DNA of 64,000 nucleotides from Urechidicola croceus (GCA_905181865.1 CAJIZG010000005.1:414705-478704); one strand, 5' to 3'. Shown: positions 42,152-52,227, counted from the stretch's first letter. A program made the numbers and translations. The notes: a model not told the origin generated them from the letters alone.

Positions 42152-43036
42152 ATGTCAGTAATCACAGATTTTTCCGATTTTCATCATCAGGTTTCAACAA
42201 TATTTAAACAGCCTCAGTCCTCAGAAGAATGGGAGCAATATCGATTGACCGATGAGCAAGTAGCACATTTTCATGAATTTGGTTACGTTTCTGGAATTAA
42301 ACTCTTGGAAGAAAATCAAATAAATTTATTGAGAAAGGAACTAGAAGAGTTGAGAGATCCTAAACATCCTGCGCATCATCTTTTTTACGAGTTTCATTCA
42401 AATGAATCCACAAATAGTGATGCTGTTTTGTTTCATTCTTTAGGTCATTGGCGCATAGGTTTAAATTTTCATGACGTCCTTTGGAATCCCGCTTTTGTAA
42501 TGGCCGCTCATCAATTATTGGAAAACAAACCAGTTCGATTCTGGCACGATCAACTATTTTGTAAACCTGCAAAACATGGTGGAGTTGTTGCCTGGCACCA
42601 AGATTACTCTTACTGGACACGTACTATTGCAATGCAACATTTAACCTGTTGGACTGGGTTAGATGATGCTACAACACAAAACGGCTGTTTACATTATATT
42701 CCAAAAAGTCACAAATGGGGGCTTCTAGATGCCCCTAATTTGGCTGGTAATATGGATGAATTGCTGCAGTATCTGAGTCCCGAACAAAAAAAGGAATTCA
42801 ACCCAGTAGCGATTGAATTGAAAAAAGGGTATAGTACTTTTCACCATCCTTTGATGGTTCATGGATCCTATGAAAACAACTCTCAATTAAGAAGAAGAGC
42901 TTTTGTATTAAACGTTTTTGCTGATGGAACCATAAGCAATACAGATCAAGAATTATTACAAGGTGTTCCTATAATTTCAAAAGGAAAAAAAATGGAGGGA
43001 AAATTTTTTCCTTTGCTTTATGATCAACATTCCTAA
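42152..43036 (+). CDS. PhyH-family Fe(II)/2-oxoglutarate dioxygenase
   Basis: HxD in WHQDYSYW, distal His in MVHGS, Arg in RRRAF. Confidence 0.9.
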   Translation: MSVITDFSDFHHQVSTIFKQPQSSEEWEQYRLTDEQVAHFHEFGYVSGIKLLEENQINLLRKELEELRDPKHPAHHLFYEFHSNESTNSDAVLFHSLGHWRIGLNFHDVLWNPAFVMAAHQLLENKPVRFWHDQLFCKPAKHGGVVAWHQDYSYWTRTIAMQHLTCWTGLDDATTQNGCLHYIPKSHKWGLLDAPNLAGNMDELLQYLSPEQKKEFNPVAIELKKGYSTFHHPLMVHGSYENNSQLRRRAFVLNVFADGTISNTDQELLQGVPIISKGKKMEGKFFPLLYDQHS

Positions 43037-43078
43037 TTTATAAAAAAGAAAATAAAAAAATTGTAAACCTCTTAATCA

Positions 43079-44224
43079 ATGAAACTTAATGTAAAAACTT
43101 TTATTAAATGCCTTACCCTCTTACTATTATTCAGTATCAAAATAAATTCACAGGGTACGAAGCAATTAAATAAAGAATTATCGAAAGATATAAAAACGTT
43201 GTTCACCCCTAGTGAAGGAGACTATAATTGTTTTAGAATTCCAGCTGTTGTTGTGGCTAAAGACGGCAGTATATTAGCCTTTGCTGAGGCTAGAAAGAAA
43301 AGTTGCTCGGATACAGGTAATATCGATATAGTGATGAAAAAATCTACTGACAATGGAGCATCATGGAGTAATTTGATAGTTATTTGGAATGATGGACAAA
43401 ATGTATGTGGGAATCCTGCACCTGTAGTAGATGCTAAAACAGGTACAGTTCATTTGCTATTGACTTGGAATAATGGAGACGACCATGAATCTGAAATAAT
43501 TGCTCAAACTAGTGGAGAAACTCGAGAAGTTTATCATTTACAATCTTCAGACAACGGTGACTCTTGGTCACAACCAAAAAATATTACTGCAACTACGAAA
43601 TTAAAAAATTGGACGTGGTATGCAACAGGGCCTGTACATGGAATTCAATTGAAAAAAGGGCCATATAAAGGAAGGCTCATGATTCCTTCGGACCATATAG
43701 AAGCGGGTACAAAAAAATATTATTCTCATGTGATTTATTCTGACGACAACGGAGTATCTTGGGAATTGGGAGGAAGAACTCCACAAGATCAAGTGAATGA
43801 ATGTACACTAGTACAACTAGAAAATGGTGATTTGATGTTGAACATGCGTAATTATGAGCGAAAAGAAGATCAGGCGCGTCAGGTAGCAATAAGCAAAGAT
43901 GGAGGAGTGACATGGGGAAATCAGCATATTGACACCAATTTGCCCGAACCACGTTGTCAAGCAGCCTTACTAGCTGTTATGAGAAAACGGAAGCAAGTAT
44001 TACTTTTTATCAATCCAGCAAACCCAAAGAAAAGAGTCAATATGACACTATCTGTGAGTAGGGATCAAGGAAAAAGTTGGGATGAAAAAATCAGTGTTTT
44101 TAAAGGCCCTTCCGCCTATTCTGATCTTGTTGAATTGAATACCAATCAAATATTTGTGTTTTTTGAAGCAGGAGAAAAGAATGCGTATGAAGGAATTCAT
44201 TATAAATTAATTGATCTGGATTAA
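43079..44224 (+). CDS. Exo-sialidase GH33 (2)
   Basis: Signal peptide, FRIP, five Asp boxes, NMRN, AYSD. Confidence 0.92.
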   Translation: MKLNVKTFIKCLTLLLLFSIKINSQGTKQLNKELSKDIKTLFTPSEGDYNCFRIPAVVVAKDGSILAFAEARKKSCSDTGNIDIVMKKSTDNGASWSNLIVIWNDGQNVCGNPAPVVDAKTGTVHLLLTWNNGDDHESEIIAQTSGETREVYHLQSSDNGDSWSQPKNITATTKLKNWTWYATGPVHGIQLKKGPYKGRLMIPSDHIEAGTKKYYSHVIYSDDNGVSWELGGRTPQDQVNECTLVQLENGDLMLNMRNYERKEDQARQVAISKDGGVTWGNQHIDTNLPEPRCQAALLAVMRKRKQVLLFINPANPKKRVNMTLSVSRDQGKSWDEKISVFKGPSAYSDLVELNTNQIFVFFEAGEKNAYEGIHYKLIDLD

Positions 44225-44280
44225 TCGATGCTTAATATTTTTATTAGAATGATACGACTTAATTACGAAATCCAATCTCT

Positions 44281-46971
44281 ATGAAACAATTAGCGGTTGT
44301 TCTACTTTTATACTTCCTAAGTTTTATTAATTCAAATGCTCAAAAATCTTCTAGTATTTTTGATTGGACTTACGATAAAGAGATTCCGAATGAAGTAGGA
44401 TTGAATGGTTCATTTATGGGAATTCATAATGATGTATTAATCATTGCAGGTGGTGCTAATTTTCCAAACACTCCTGTCTGGGAAGGTGGTGAAAAAGTAT
44501 GGTATTCATCCATTTATGTTTTAGAAAAAAAAGGGACTAAGTCGAAATGGCATCTAGAACCTTCAGTTAGATTAACTAATGCATTGGCATACGGAGTTTC
44601 AATAAGCACTCCACAAGGTGTTTTGTGCATTGGTGGTGATAATGAAACAGAAGTATTCAAAGATGTCTTTTTATTAAAATGGAATAAAAAAAGCAATAAA
44701 ATAGAGATTCAAGACCTACCTCCTATGCCTATAAATTTATACAATATGGGCGCAAGTATTGTTGAAGATATTGTTTTTGTAATTGGAGGACAAGAGTCAA
44801 AAAGTACCGGAGCAACAAATCATTTTTTGTCGTTTAATTTAACTTCAACATTGACAAGTAAAGCATATACATGGGAGCAATTAGAAAATTTTCCTGGAAG
44901 AAGGAGAGTGCAACCGGTAGTTGTTGGTCAAAGTAATGGACATCAAGATTGTTTATATGTATTTAGTGGAATTTCATATGATCCCACTGCAGAAGTAACC
45001 CATACTATGCTAGATGATGTCTATGAATTTAATCCTCATAAAAATCGATGGACACAAAAGGAATCTGTTCCCAACAATGGAACACCGGGAGTAATAGGAG
45101 GTTATATTGCGGCTGCTCCAGCCATAAAAATGGGAGATTCTCACATTGTGATTTTTGGAGGAGCCGGAGGTGAACAGCAAAACCTTTCGCGACGAATTCC
45201 GATTTGGAATGCCATTAAAAAGTTAAAAAGTGAAATTAATCAAAATGAAGAAACGATTGCGAAAATTGATTCATTAAATATGATTGATAATGAATTGTTG
45301 AAAACCACTCGATTCAGTAAAATCGTTTGGTCATATCATTCAATCACAGATACTTGGAGTAAAAAAGGGGTGCTACCAAGTGACGCTCAGGTAGTAACTC
45401 AAGCATTGAATTGGAATAATAACATAGTAATATCTGGTGGAGAAATACATCCAGGTGTAAGAACTCCAAAAATTACCATTGCCACACAAAAACCCTATGA
45501 AGCCAGTTTTGGCTGGATAAATTATATAACTCTTATTACATATTTAATGTTAATGGTTTGGATGGGATGGTATTTCTCACGAAAAAATAAAACAACAGAT
45601 GATTATTTTCTTGCGGGAGGTAGAATTCCATGGTGGGCTGCTGGGTTAAGTATTTATGCTACTATGTTAAGTGCCATTACGTATTTGTCACAACCGGCAT
45701 TAGCATATTCTTTTGACTGGCAGGCATATTTGGGGTATTTTGCCATTTTGATTGTAGTCCCTGTTGTAATAGCTTTTTATCTGCCTTTTTTCAGGAAATT
45801 AAATATTACCACGGCATACGAATATTTGGAAAAAAGATTCAACTTAACTATTAGAATGTTTGGAAGTATATCTTTCATCTTATTTCAATTAGTAAGAATG
45901 GGAATTGTAGTATATCTTCCTGCCTTAGCCCTTTCAACAGTTGTCGGAATTGATATTTATTTAGCAATCAGTGTTATGGGGGTTTTAGCAATTCTTTATA
46001 CCTATATGGGTGGAATGGAAGCCGTGATCTGGACAGATGTGGTACAAGTAATTGTATTGATGGCAGGTTTAATCATTGGATTGATTTATATCGGCATTGA
46101 GATTGGAGATGTAGGCTATATTTTTGATACGGCATTGGCCGATGGTAAACTTCAAATGGTAGATTTACGATGTAGTTTTATAGAAGTAGTAACATGGTCC
46201 TTATTTATTGGCACATTTGCTTTGACATTAATTCCATACACCACAGACCAGTCAGTAGTGCAGAGATACATGACGACATCGAGTGAAAAAGAAGCACGAA
46301 AAAGTATATGGCTAACTGGAATTATTACTCTCCCAGCGGGTCTTCTAATATTTGCAATGGGTACATTTTTGTATGTCTATTTTAAAGAACATCCCGAATT
46401 TTTGAGTGTCGGTATGCAGAACGACAGTGTATTTCCTTTATTTATTACAAATCATTTACCTCCTGGGGTTGCAGGTTTGGTTATAGCTGGAATTTTTTCT
46501 GCTTCCATGTCGAGTTTAGATAGCAGTATGCACAGTATTTCTACCGTTGTGACCGTAGATTTTTATAAGAGATTTACGAAAGTCTATTCTGATACTAATG
46601 GTCTTAAAATTGCAAAATGGACTACAGTTATTGTAGGAGTTTTCGGAACCCTGATTGCATGTTTAATGGCCGCTTTCCCTGTAAAATCGTTATTCTTTTT
46701 GTTTCAAGAAGTAATTGGTCTTCTGGGAAGTGCAATGGCAGGAATATTTATTCTCGGAATTTTTGTTAAGAAAGCCAATTGGAAGGGAACACTAATAGGA
46801 GCTGTATTTAGTATTATAGTTTTAGTGTTTGTTAAATATAACACCCCTATTAACTTTTATATCTATCCTTTAATTGCAATTCCTATATGTGTCATTGGAG
46901 GATATCTTTTCAGTCTAATTTTAAAAGTTGAAGAAAAAGACATATCCGATTTGGTCTATTCAAAAAAATAA
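44281..46971 (+). CDS. Kelch-repeat sialic acid mutarotase (NanM-like) fused to a Na+/solute symporter (SiaT-like)
   Basis: Signal peptide; about 410 aa kelch propeller (IAGGANFP, LCIGG, VIGG, ISGGEIHPGVRTP); then SSS domain DYFLAGG..WWAAGLSIYAT.LSAITY, YTYMGGMEAVIWTD, DQSVVQRY. Confidence 0.88.
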   Translation: MKQLAVVLLLYFLSFINSNAQKSSSIFDWTYDKEIPNEVGLNGSFMGIHNDVLIIAGGANFPNTPVWEGGEKVWYSSIYVLEKKGTKSKWHLEPSVRLTNALAYGVSISTPQGVLCIGGDNETEVFKDVFLLKWNKKSNKIEIQDLPPMPINLYNMGASIVEDIVFVIGGQESKSTGATNHFLSFNLTSTLTSKAYTWEQLENFPGRRRVQPVVVGQSNGHQDCLYVFSGISYDPTAEVTHTMLDDVYEFNPHKNRWTQKESVPNNGTPGVIGGYIAAAPAIKMGDSHIVIFGGAGGEQQNLSRRIPIWNAIKKLKSEINQNEETIAKIDSLNMIDNELLKTTRFSKIVWSYHSITDTWSKKGVLPSDAQVVTQALNWNNNIVISGGEIHPGVRTPKITIATQKPYEASFGWINYITLITYLMLMVWMGWYFSRKNKTTDDYFLAGGRIPWWAAGLSIYATMLSAITYLSQPALAYSFDWQAYLGYFAILIVVPVVIAFYLPFFRKLNITTAYEYLEKRFNLTIRMFGSISFILFQLVRMGIVVYLPALALSTVVGIDIYLAISVMGVLAILYTYMGGMEAVIWTDVVQVIVLMAGLIIGLIYIGIEIGDVGYIFDTALADGKLQMVDLRCSFIEVVTWSLFIGTFALTLIPYTTDQSVVQRYMTTSSEKEARKSIWLTGIITLPAGLLIFAMGTFLYVYFKEHPEFLSVGMQNDSVFPLFITNHLPPGVAGLVIAGIFSASMSSLDSSMHSISTVVTVDFYKRFTKVYSDTNGLKIAKWTTVIVGVFGTLIACLMAAFPVKSLFFLFQEVIGLLGSAMAGIFILGIFVKKANWKGTLIGAVFSIIVLVFVKYNTPINFYIYPLIAIPICVIGGYLFSLILKVEEKDISDLVYSKK

Positions 46972-47069
46972 AACCATTAATATTCAATCTAAATTTATCA
47001 ATTAAAAAAGGAGCGAGTTTAAAACTAATAAACATCGCCCCCAGTGCGCACTGCAATTCAAAGAACCAA

Positions 47070-47929
47070 TTAACTTTTTTTATATTTTCTCGTTCTCTTA
47101 ATTTCAATTTCTGTTATGGTTCCATTTGCCGCTGTTCATGTAGCAATAGCATCACATGTACCGTCGCCATAATTTAACGTTGACAATTCACCACTTTTAG
47201 AAATCTCTTTAACACCAAACGCAATATACCCGCATCCCTCTGGTTTCACAAATGGTAAAATAATCTCCATTTCAAAAATACTTCCATCTGCTTTTATCAG
47301 TTCATGAGACCCAGTAATGGTTCATTCATTGTCCTCATAAGAATCGGTATCACTACCTGCGGTTACTTCAAACAAACGCGAGCCAGTTTTAGTAATTGTC
47401 TCTTCTTCAGTTTCAATGATTAAATTAGTTTCACCACTCATTTGTGGATTCCCATTCTCATTTTCATCAAGGTGTTCATATTGTCTAGTACATTAATAAC
47501 ATATCCATTTACAGAGAAATCAGTAAACAAAATGGAACGGCTTTTTGAAGATTCTAAGTTTTCTATAACAATTATAATCGTACCAGAAACTTCATTTTCA
47601 CGTTTATCAATTCAATCTTCAGCAAAAGAAATTGTTATCGTTTTAGTATTATCAACCTCCTCGACAGAAAAATTAACACAGGACGAGAAAAAATTTGCAC
47701 GATCAAATATATGACCTGTTCCCTTTCCAGAAAGGGCATCAAAGTCTAAATCTTTAGCGTATAGGGCGTATTCATCTACCACACTTTCAACTTCTTCAAT
47801 AGAAGTTTCTAGAGAAATATATTCTGAAATGGCAAAATTGTCATCCCCTATCTCCAAATTATCTTTTTCACAAGACACAAAAATTATTGCCAATACAATA
47901 CTTACTTTTAAAAAATTATTCATTTTCAT
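47070..47929 (-). pseudogene. Lipoprotein pseudogene
   Basis: Lipobox FVSC; TGA stops at 47612-47614, 47322-47324 and 47136-47138 plus a frameshift near 47490; coherent C-terminus (C.YIAFG.K, NYGDGTCD). Confidence 0.8.
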
Positions 47930-48077
47930 ATTATAGTTATTAAATTATTATACATTTATGAATTAGGGTGTTTTTAATTCGTACGAACCCCTTTCCATTT
48001 TATATAAAACAATTCATTTCTTAAAACTCCTACTCTATGGTTGCAATTATTTTTTTATTGACATAATAAATTTTTAA

Positions 48078-49235
48078 ATGAATGATTTAAAAATAGAAAA
48101 GGTCGAGCTTTTTAAAGTCCCTCCGAGATGGTTGTTTCTAAAAATAACCACCAAATGTGGTATTGTTGGATGGGGAGAACCTATAGTTGAAGGAAAAGCA
48201 GATACTGTTGCGGCGTGCATAAAAGAATTAGAACAATATATAATGGGTCGAAACGCCAATAATATCGAAGATATTTGGCAAATTTTATATAGAGGTGGCT
48301 TTTATAGAGGAGGCCCTATCTTGATGAGTGCAATATCTGGTATTGATCAAGCCCTATGGGATATAAAAGGTAAATATTTAAATGTCCCTGTTCATGAATT
48401 ATTAGGTGGAGCTGTTCGTCAAAAAATGAAAATGTACTGCTGGATTGGAGGAGATAATCCCGAAGTTGTTTTAGATCAGGCTACTAAAAAAATAAATGCT
48501 GGTTTTAATGCCGTAAAGATGAATGCAACGGGTGGAATGGAATGGGTTTCTTCCATAAAAGACATTAAGAATGTTGCAAACAATATCAAACTCTTACGAG
48601 AAGAATTCGGATATGAGTTAGACATAGGATTAGACTTTCATGGAAGGGTACACAAACCAATGGTTAAGAGACTTATAGACGAATTGGCTCCTTATGAACC
48701 TATGTTTATTGAAGAGCCCGTTTTAAGTGAAAATAATGATGCGCTACGTCATATTTACCAATACACCAATATTCCAATTGCAACGGGAGAACGTATGTTT
48801 TCAAGATGGGATTTTAAGGAGATTTTACACCAAGGGGTTGTTGATATTATTCAACCAGATCTTAGTCACGCCGGAGGTATCTCTGAAGTTAGACGCATTG
48901 CCACAATGGCTGAAGCCTATGATATTGCCATTGCTCCTCATTGTCCCTTAGGGCCAATCTCATTGGCTTCTGCACTTCACTTAGATTTTGTATCCTCTAA
49001 TGCTATCATTCAAGAGAGTAGTTTGGGAATACATTATAACAGAGGATATGACATCTTAGATTATGTCTTAAACCCAGAAGTTTTTAATGTAGAGGATGGC
49101 TCTATAAACTTACTTACAAAACCTGGTTTGGGAATTGAAATTAATGAAGAAAAACTAAAAGAAGGTCAAAAAATTGGACACAATTGGGCCAATCCCATTT
49201 GGAGAAATCCCGACGGAAATTTTGCAGAATGGTAA
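48078..49235 (+). CDS. dgoD: D-galactonate dehydratase (enolase superfamily)
   Basis: VPPRWLFLKI, GWGEP, FYRGG, DFHGR, FIEEP, ATGER, PHCPLGP, WRNPDG..AEW end. Confidence 0.92.
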   Translation: MNDLKIEKVELFKVPPRWLFLKITTKCGIVGWGEPIVEGKADTVAACIKELEQYIMGRNANNIEDIWQILYRGGFYRGGPILMSAISGIDQALWDIKGKYLNVPVHELLGGAVRQKMKMYCWIGGDNPEVVLDQATKKINAGFNAVKMNATGGMEWVSSIKDIKNVANNIKLLREEFGYELDIGLDFHGRVHKPMVKRLIDELAPYEPMFIEEPVLSENNDALRHIYQYTNIPIATGERMFSRWDFKEILHQGVVDIIQPDLSHAGGISEVRRIATMAEAYDIAIAPHCPLGPISLASALHLDFVSSNAIIQESSLGIHYNRGYDILDYVLNPEVFNVEDGSINLLTKPGLGIEINEEKLKEGQKIGHNWANPIWRNPDGNFAEW

Positions 49236-49277
49236 CCCAATTTAATACTTAGAAACGAACCAAAAACAACCATCACT

Positions 49278-50600
49278 ATGATCTTTATAATCGCGCTTAT
49301 TTTTTCTTTAGCCTTTTTAGTTGTAACCATAATTAAGTTTAAAATACATCCCTTTTTCAGTCTTTTATTAACCGCTATTATTTATGGTTTTTTTACAGGA
49401 ATGGATATAGAGTTGATCATAAATTCTATCAACTCTGGATTTGGAGATATTCTTGGAAAGATTGGATTAATTATTCTCTTTGGAGTTACTATAGGAACCA
49501 TACTAGAAAAATCTGGTGGAGCCCTTGTAATTGCAACGCGCATTCTAAATGTGATTGGGGAAAGATTTATTCATTTAGCCATGATGCTTACTGGTTATTT
49601 TTTATCCATTCCCATATTTGCAGATAGTGCACTATTAATAATGAACCCATTGAATAAAGTGCTTTCTAAAAAGGCAGGAGTCTCTTATGCCGGAACAACT
49701 GCGGCCTTAGCCATGGGGCTTACAGCGTCACATGTAATGGTTCCGCCAACACCTGGGCCAATTGCTGCGGCAGGTATTTTAGGAGCGAACCTAGGTGATG
49801 TAATACTTTGGGGGTTACTCGTTAGTACATTGTCATTGATTCCTTGCTACTTTTATGCTACCAAATTGGCATCTAAAGTTACGATTCCCATTATTATTGA
49901 ACCAATTGCAAATGTAAAACGTCAACCCAAACTAAATATTTCTTTACTCTGTATCGTTGTTCCATTAATTTTAATCCTTCTTAAATCTGTGCTAGAATAT
50001 CCTGAATTGGACTTTAATCCATCTCTATTTAAAACAGTTTTATCTTTTATAGGTACTCCCGTAATTTCATTATTAATAGGGGTTTTACTTTCTTTATTAT
50101 TACCAGAGAAATTAGATGAAAAAATAATTTCTTCAAAAGGTTGGATGGGTGAATCACTTTTAGTAGCAGCCCCAATAATTTTAATTACAGGAGCAGGCGG
50201 TATCTTCGGAAAAATGCTTCAAAACTCAGGAATTTCAGACTTAATAACTACCGGATTTACAGGACTTGAAATTGGATTATTTTTGCCATTTCTATTAGCT
50301 TCCTGCCTTAAATCTACTCAGGGCTCGTCTACGGTAGCACTTGTAACAACTGCTTCAATTGTTGCTCCAATGATTTCTGTTTTGGGATTGAATGATCCTT
50401 TTCTTCTTACAATGACCGTTTTATCTATCGGTGCAGGTTCTTCCGTAGTTACACATGTAAATGATAGTTTTTTCTGGGTGTTAATACAACTAACAGGAAT
50501 GAATGTTAAACAAGGATATCAAATTCTAACGGCGGGAACTTTTATTTTTGGAGTAGCAGCGATGTTTATAATTTTTATTATTACACAAATCATGATGTAG
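49278..50600 (+). CDS. GntP family gluconate/aldonate permease
   Basis: GTILEKSGGA, VPPTPGPIAAA, KSTQGSSTVA, HVNDSFFWV. Confidence 0.92.
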   Translation: MIFIIALIFSLAFLVVTIIKFKIHPFFSLLLTAIIYGFFTGMDIELIINSINSGFGDILGKIGLIILFGVTIGTILEKSGGALVIATRILNVIGERFIHLAMMLTGYFLSIPIFADSALLIMNPLNKVLSKKAGVSYAGTTAALAMGLTASHVMVPPTPGPIAAAGILGANLGDVILWGLLVSTLSLIPCYFYATKLASKVTIPIIIEPIANVKRQPKLNISLLCIVVPLILILLKSVLEYPELDFNPSLFKTVLSFIGTPVISLLIGVLLSLLLPEKLDEKIISSKGWMGESLLVAAPIILITGAGGIFGKMLQNSGISDLITTGFTGLEIGLFLPFLLASCLKSTQGSSTVALVTTASIVAPMISVLGLNDPFLLTMTVLSIGAGSSVVTHVNDSFFWVLIQLTGMNVKQGYQILTAGTFIFGVAAMFIIFIITQIMM

Positions 50601-50804
50601 ACTTTCACCTTTGATATCTCCTAATTTATCTTGAAAAATAAAAGTAATTTATTCGAGTTTGTTGTTATAGTTTCTTGACCTCGCTTTCTGCCTTGCAAGT
50701 TTCCTTTAAAACCATAGTCTGTATAAAATGCTGTTAACACGTATATTCTAGACTTTAATTCTTCTGTTAATTTCTTTATTCTAAATGAGCCTTTAGTTCC
50801 TATT

Positions 50805-51806
50805 AACCTGAGTTCGATTCATAAAAACTTAACTGATTAGACGCTACTTTTTGATATTTAATGGAAGGTTTTTTAGGCAGAAAACTATATGCTAAAAGGC
50901 CTGCAACTATATTTGACAAGAAGTTAGTAAAACTTCTATGTCTAGAATGTTCAATTTGACAACTATTTTTAAGTTCATCATGTACCGTTTCAATAATAGA
51001 ACGTTTTCTAAGTAATATTTTATCGCTCATAGTCATTAAAGAATTCTTCGTATTGTTTTTAATATGAGTAATCAAATGTAATCCGTGAGCAAAAAGAAGT
51101 TGCATCAAATCCTTACCAATATATCCTTTGTCAGCATATAATTTTCCGTATATTTTATCTAAAAAAATTTTCTTTTTTAGTGGTGTTCTGTCGTCAATAT
51201 TGGCTTGAGTAATGGTAAAATTCAGGATTTCTCCTTTGTCATTTATAATACTGTGAAGTTTGAATCCTTGAAACCACCCCATCGTAGATTTTCTAGTAGT
51301 AGCAATGCCTTTACATACTTTATTGTTTCTAATTCGTTTGGGTTTACAAACTCTAATAGGTGTAGAATCTACAAAAGAAATACCTGTAGAATCACCCAAA
51401 CGGCAGGTTTTTAAAAACAAAGTCATCGCCATTAAATTTTGACCAACGAGTTCTGTAAATCTGTTGTAAGAAACCGTTGAAGGAAAATCACCTTTTATCT
51501 ATTTTTGAACATAAAAAACATAGAAATGCTTGAAGGTTCTAAAACCACTTAACTGAAATAGAATACAGCGTATAATCACCTCACTTTTACTCATTATAGA
51601 CGGTCGTTTTGATGGATTTCCTAAAAGAGATGCATCAACGACTTTATCATATTCTTTGCAGAATTCGTCAACAATACAAAATATTTCTGTAATTTTAGGA
51701 TAGATTAACATAGATGAAGTTTTAGATTGATCTTCAGATCTTTAATTTACTTAAAACCTATCTTTTATCTAAAAAATGGAGCCTAAATATTAATCGAACT
51801 CAGGTT
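50805..51806 (-). mobile_element. IS982-family element with inactivated transposase
   Basis: Perfect 15-bp terminal IR AACCTGAGTTCGATT (50805-50819 / 51792-51806); transposase 51711-50803 with one in-frame TAG (51499-51501); FVDST, GFKLH, ADKGY, KRSIIETV. Confidence 0.92.
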
Positions 51807-52227
51807 CATACAGCGGCTTCTCATCAGTTTCTGACATAGCCTTTATTGGAAGTACCGTTGCTCTAATTCCGGCATTAACAACATTTTTTATAAAAGTTCT
51901 TCTTTTTTGGTGAGCTATAAGTTTATCATTTTAAAACTCTTAGAATCGAGTAGTATCTTTAAAAGGTATTCCAATGTACACAGAAATAAGAAACCTCTGA
52001 TATTAAGTAATTTAAAACAATAAAACGTGATAGATTAGTTTAACTAAAAAAAGAGTATGAAAATTCATAAAAGAGAATAAACATCTAAATTGAATTCAAC
52101 ATGCCTTCTTCTTCCTATTGAATATCACTGATGTGATATTTGCAAACACTCAATAATTTTAGAGCATGCATTTCGAATAATCTGCTACTTATCTCGATTA
52201 TTCGTAATTGCTTTTTTATATATCCGC

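Noticed and set aside
47070-47929. TGA read-through or alternative genetic code suggested by repeated TGA stops
   Set aside because: Intact genes use TGG for Trp and some end in TGA (tatD, YyaL); other pseudogenes have TAG/TAA stops and frameshifts. Ordinary decay explains it.
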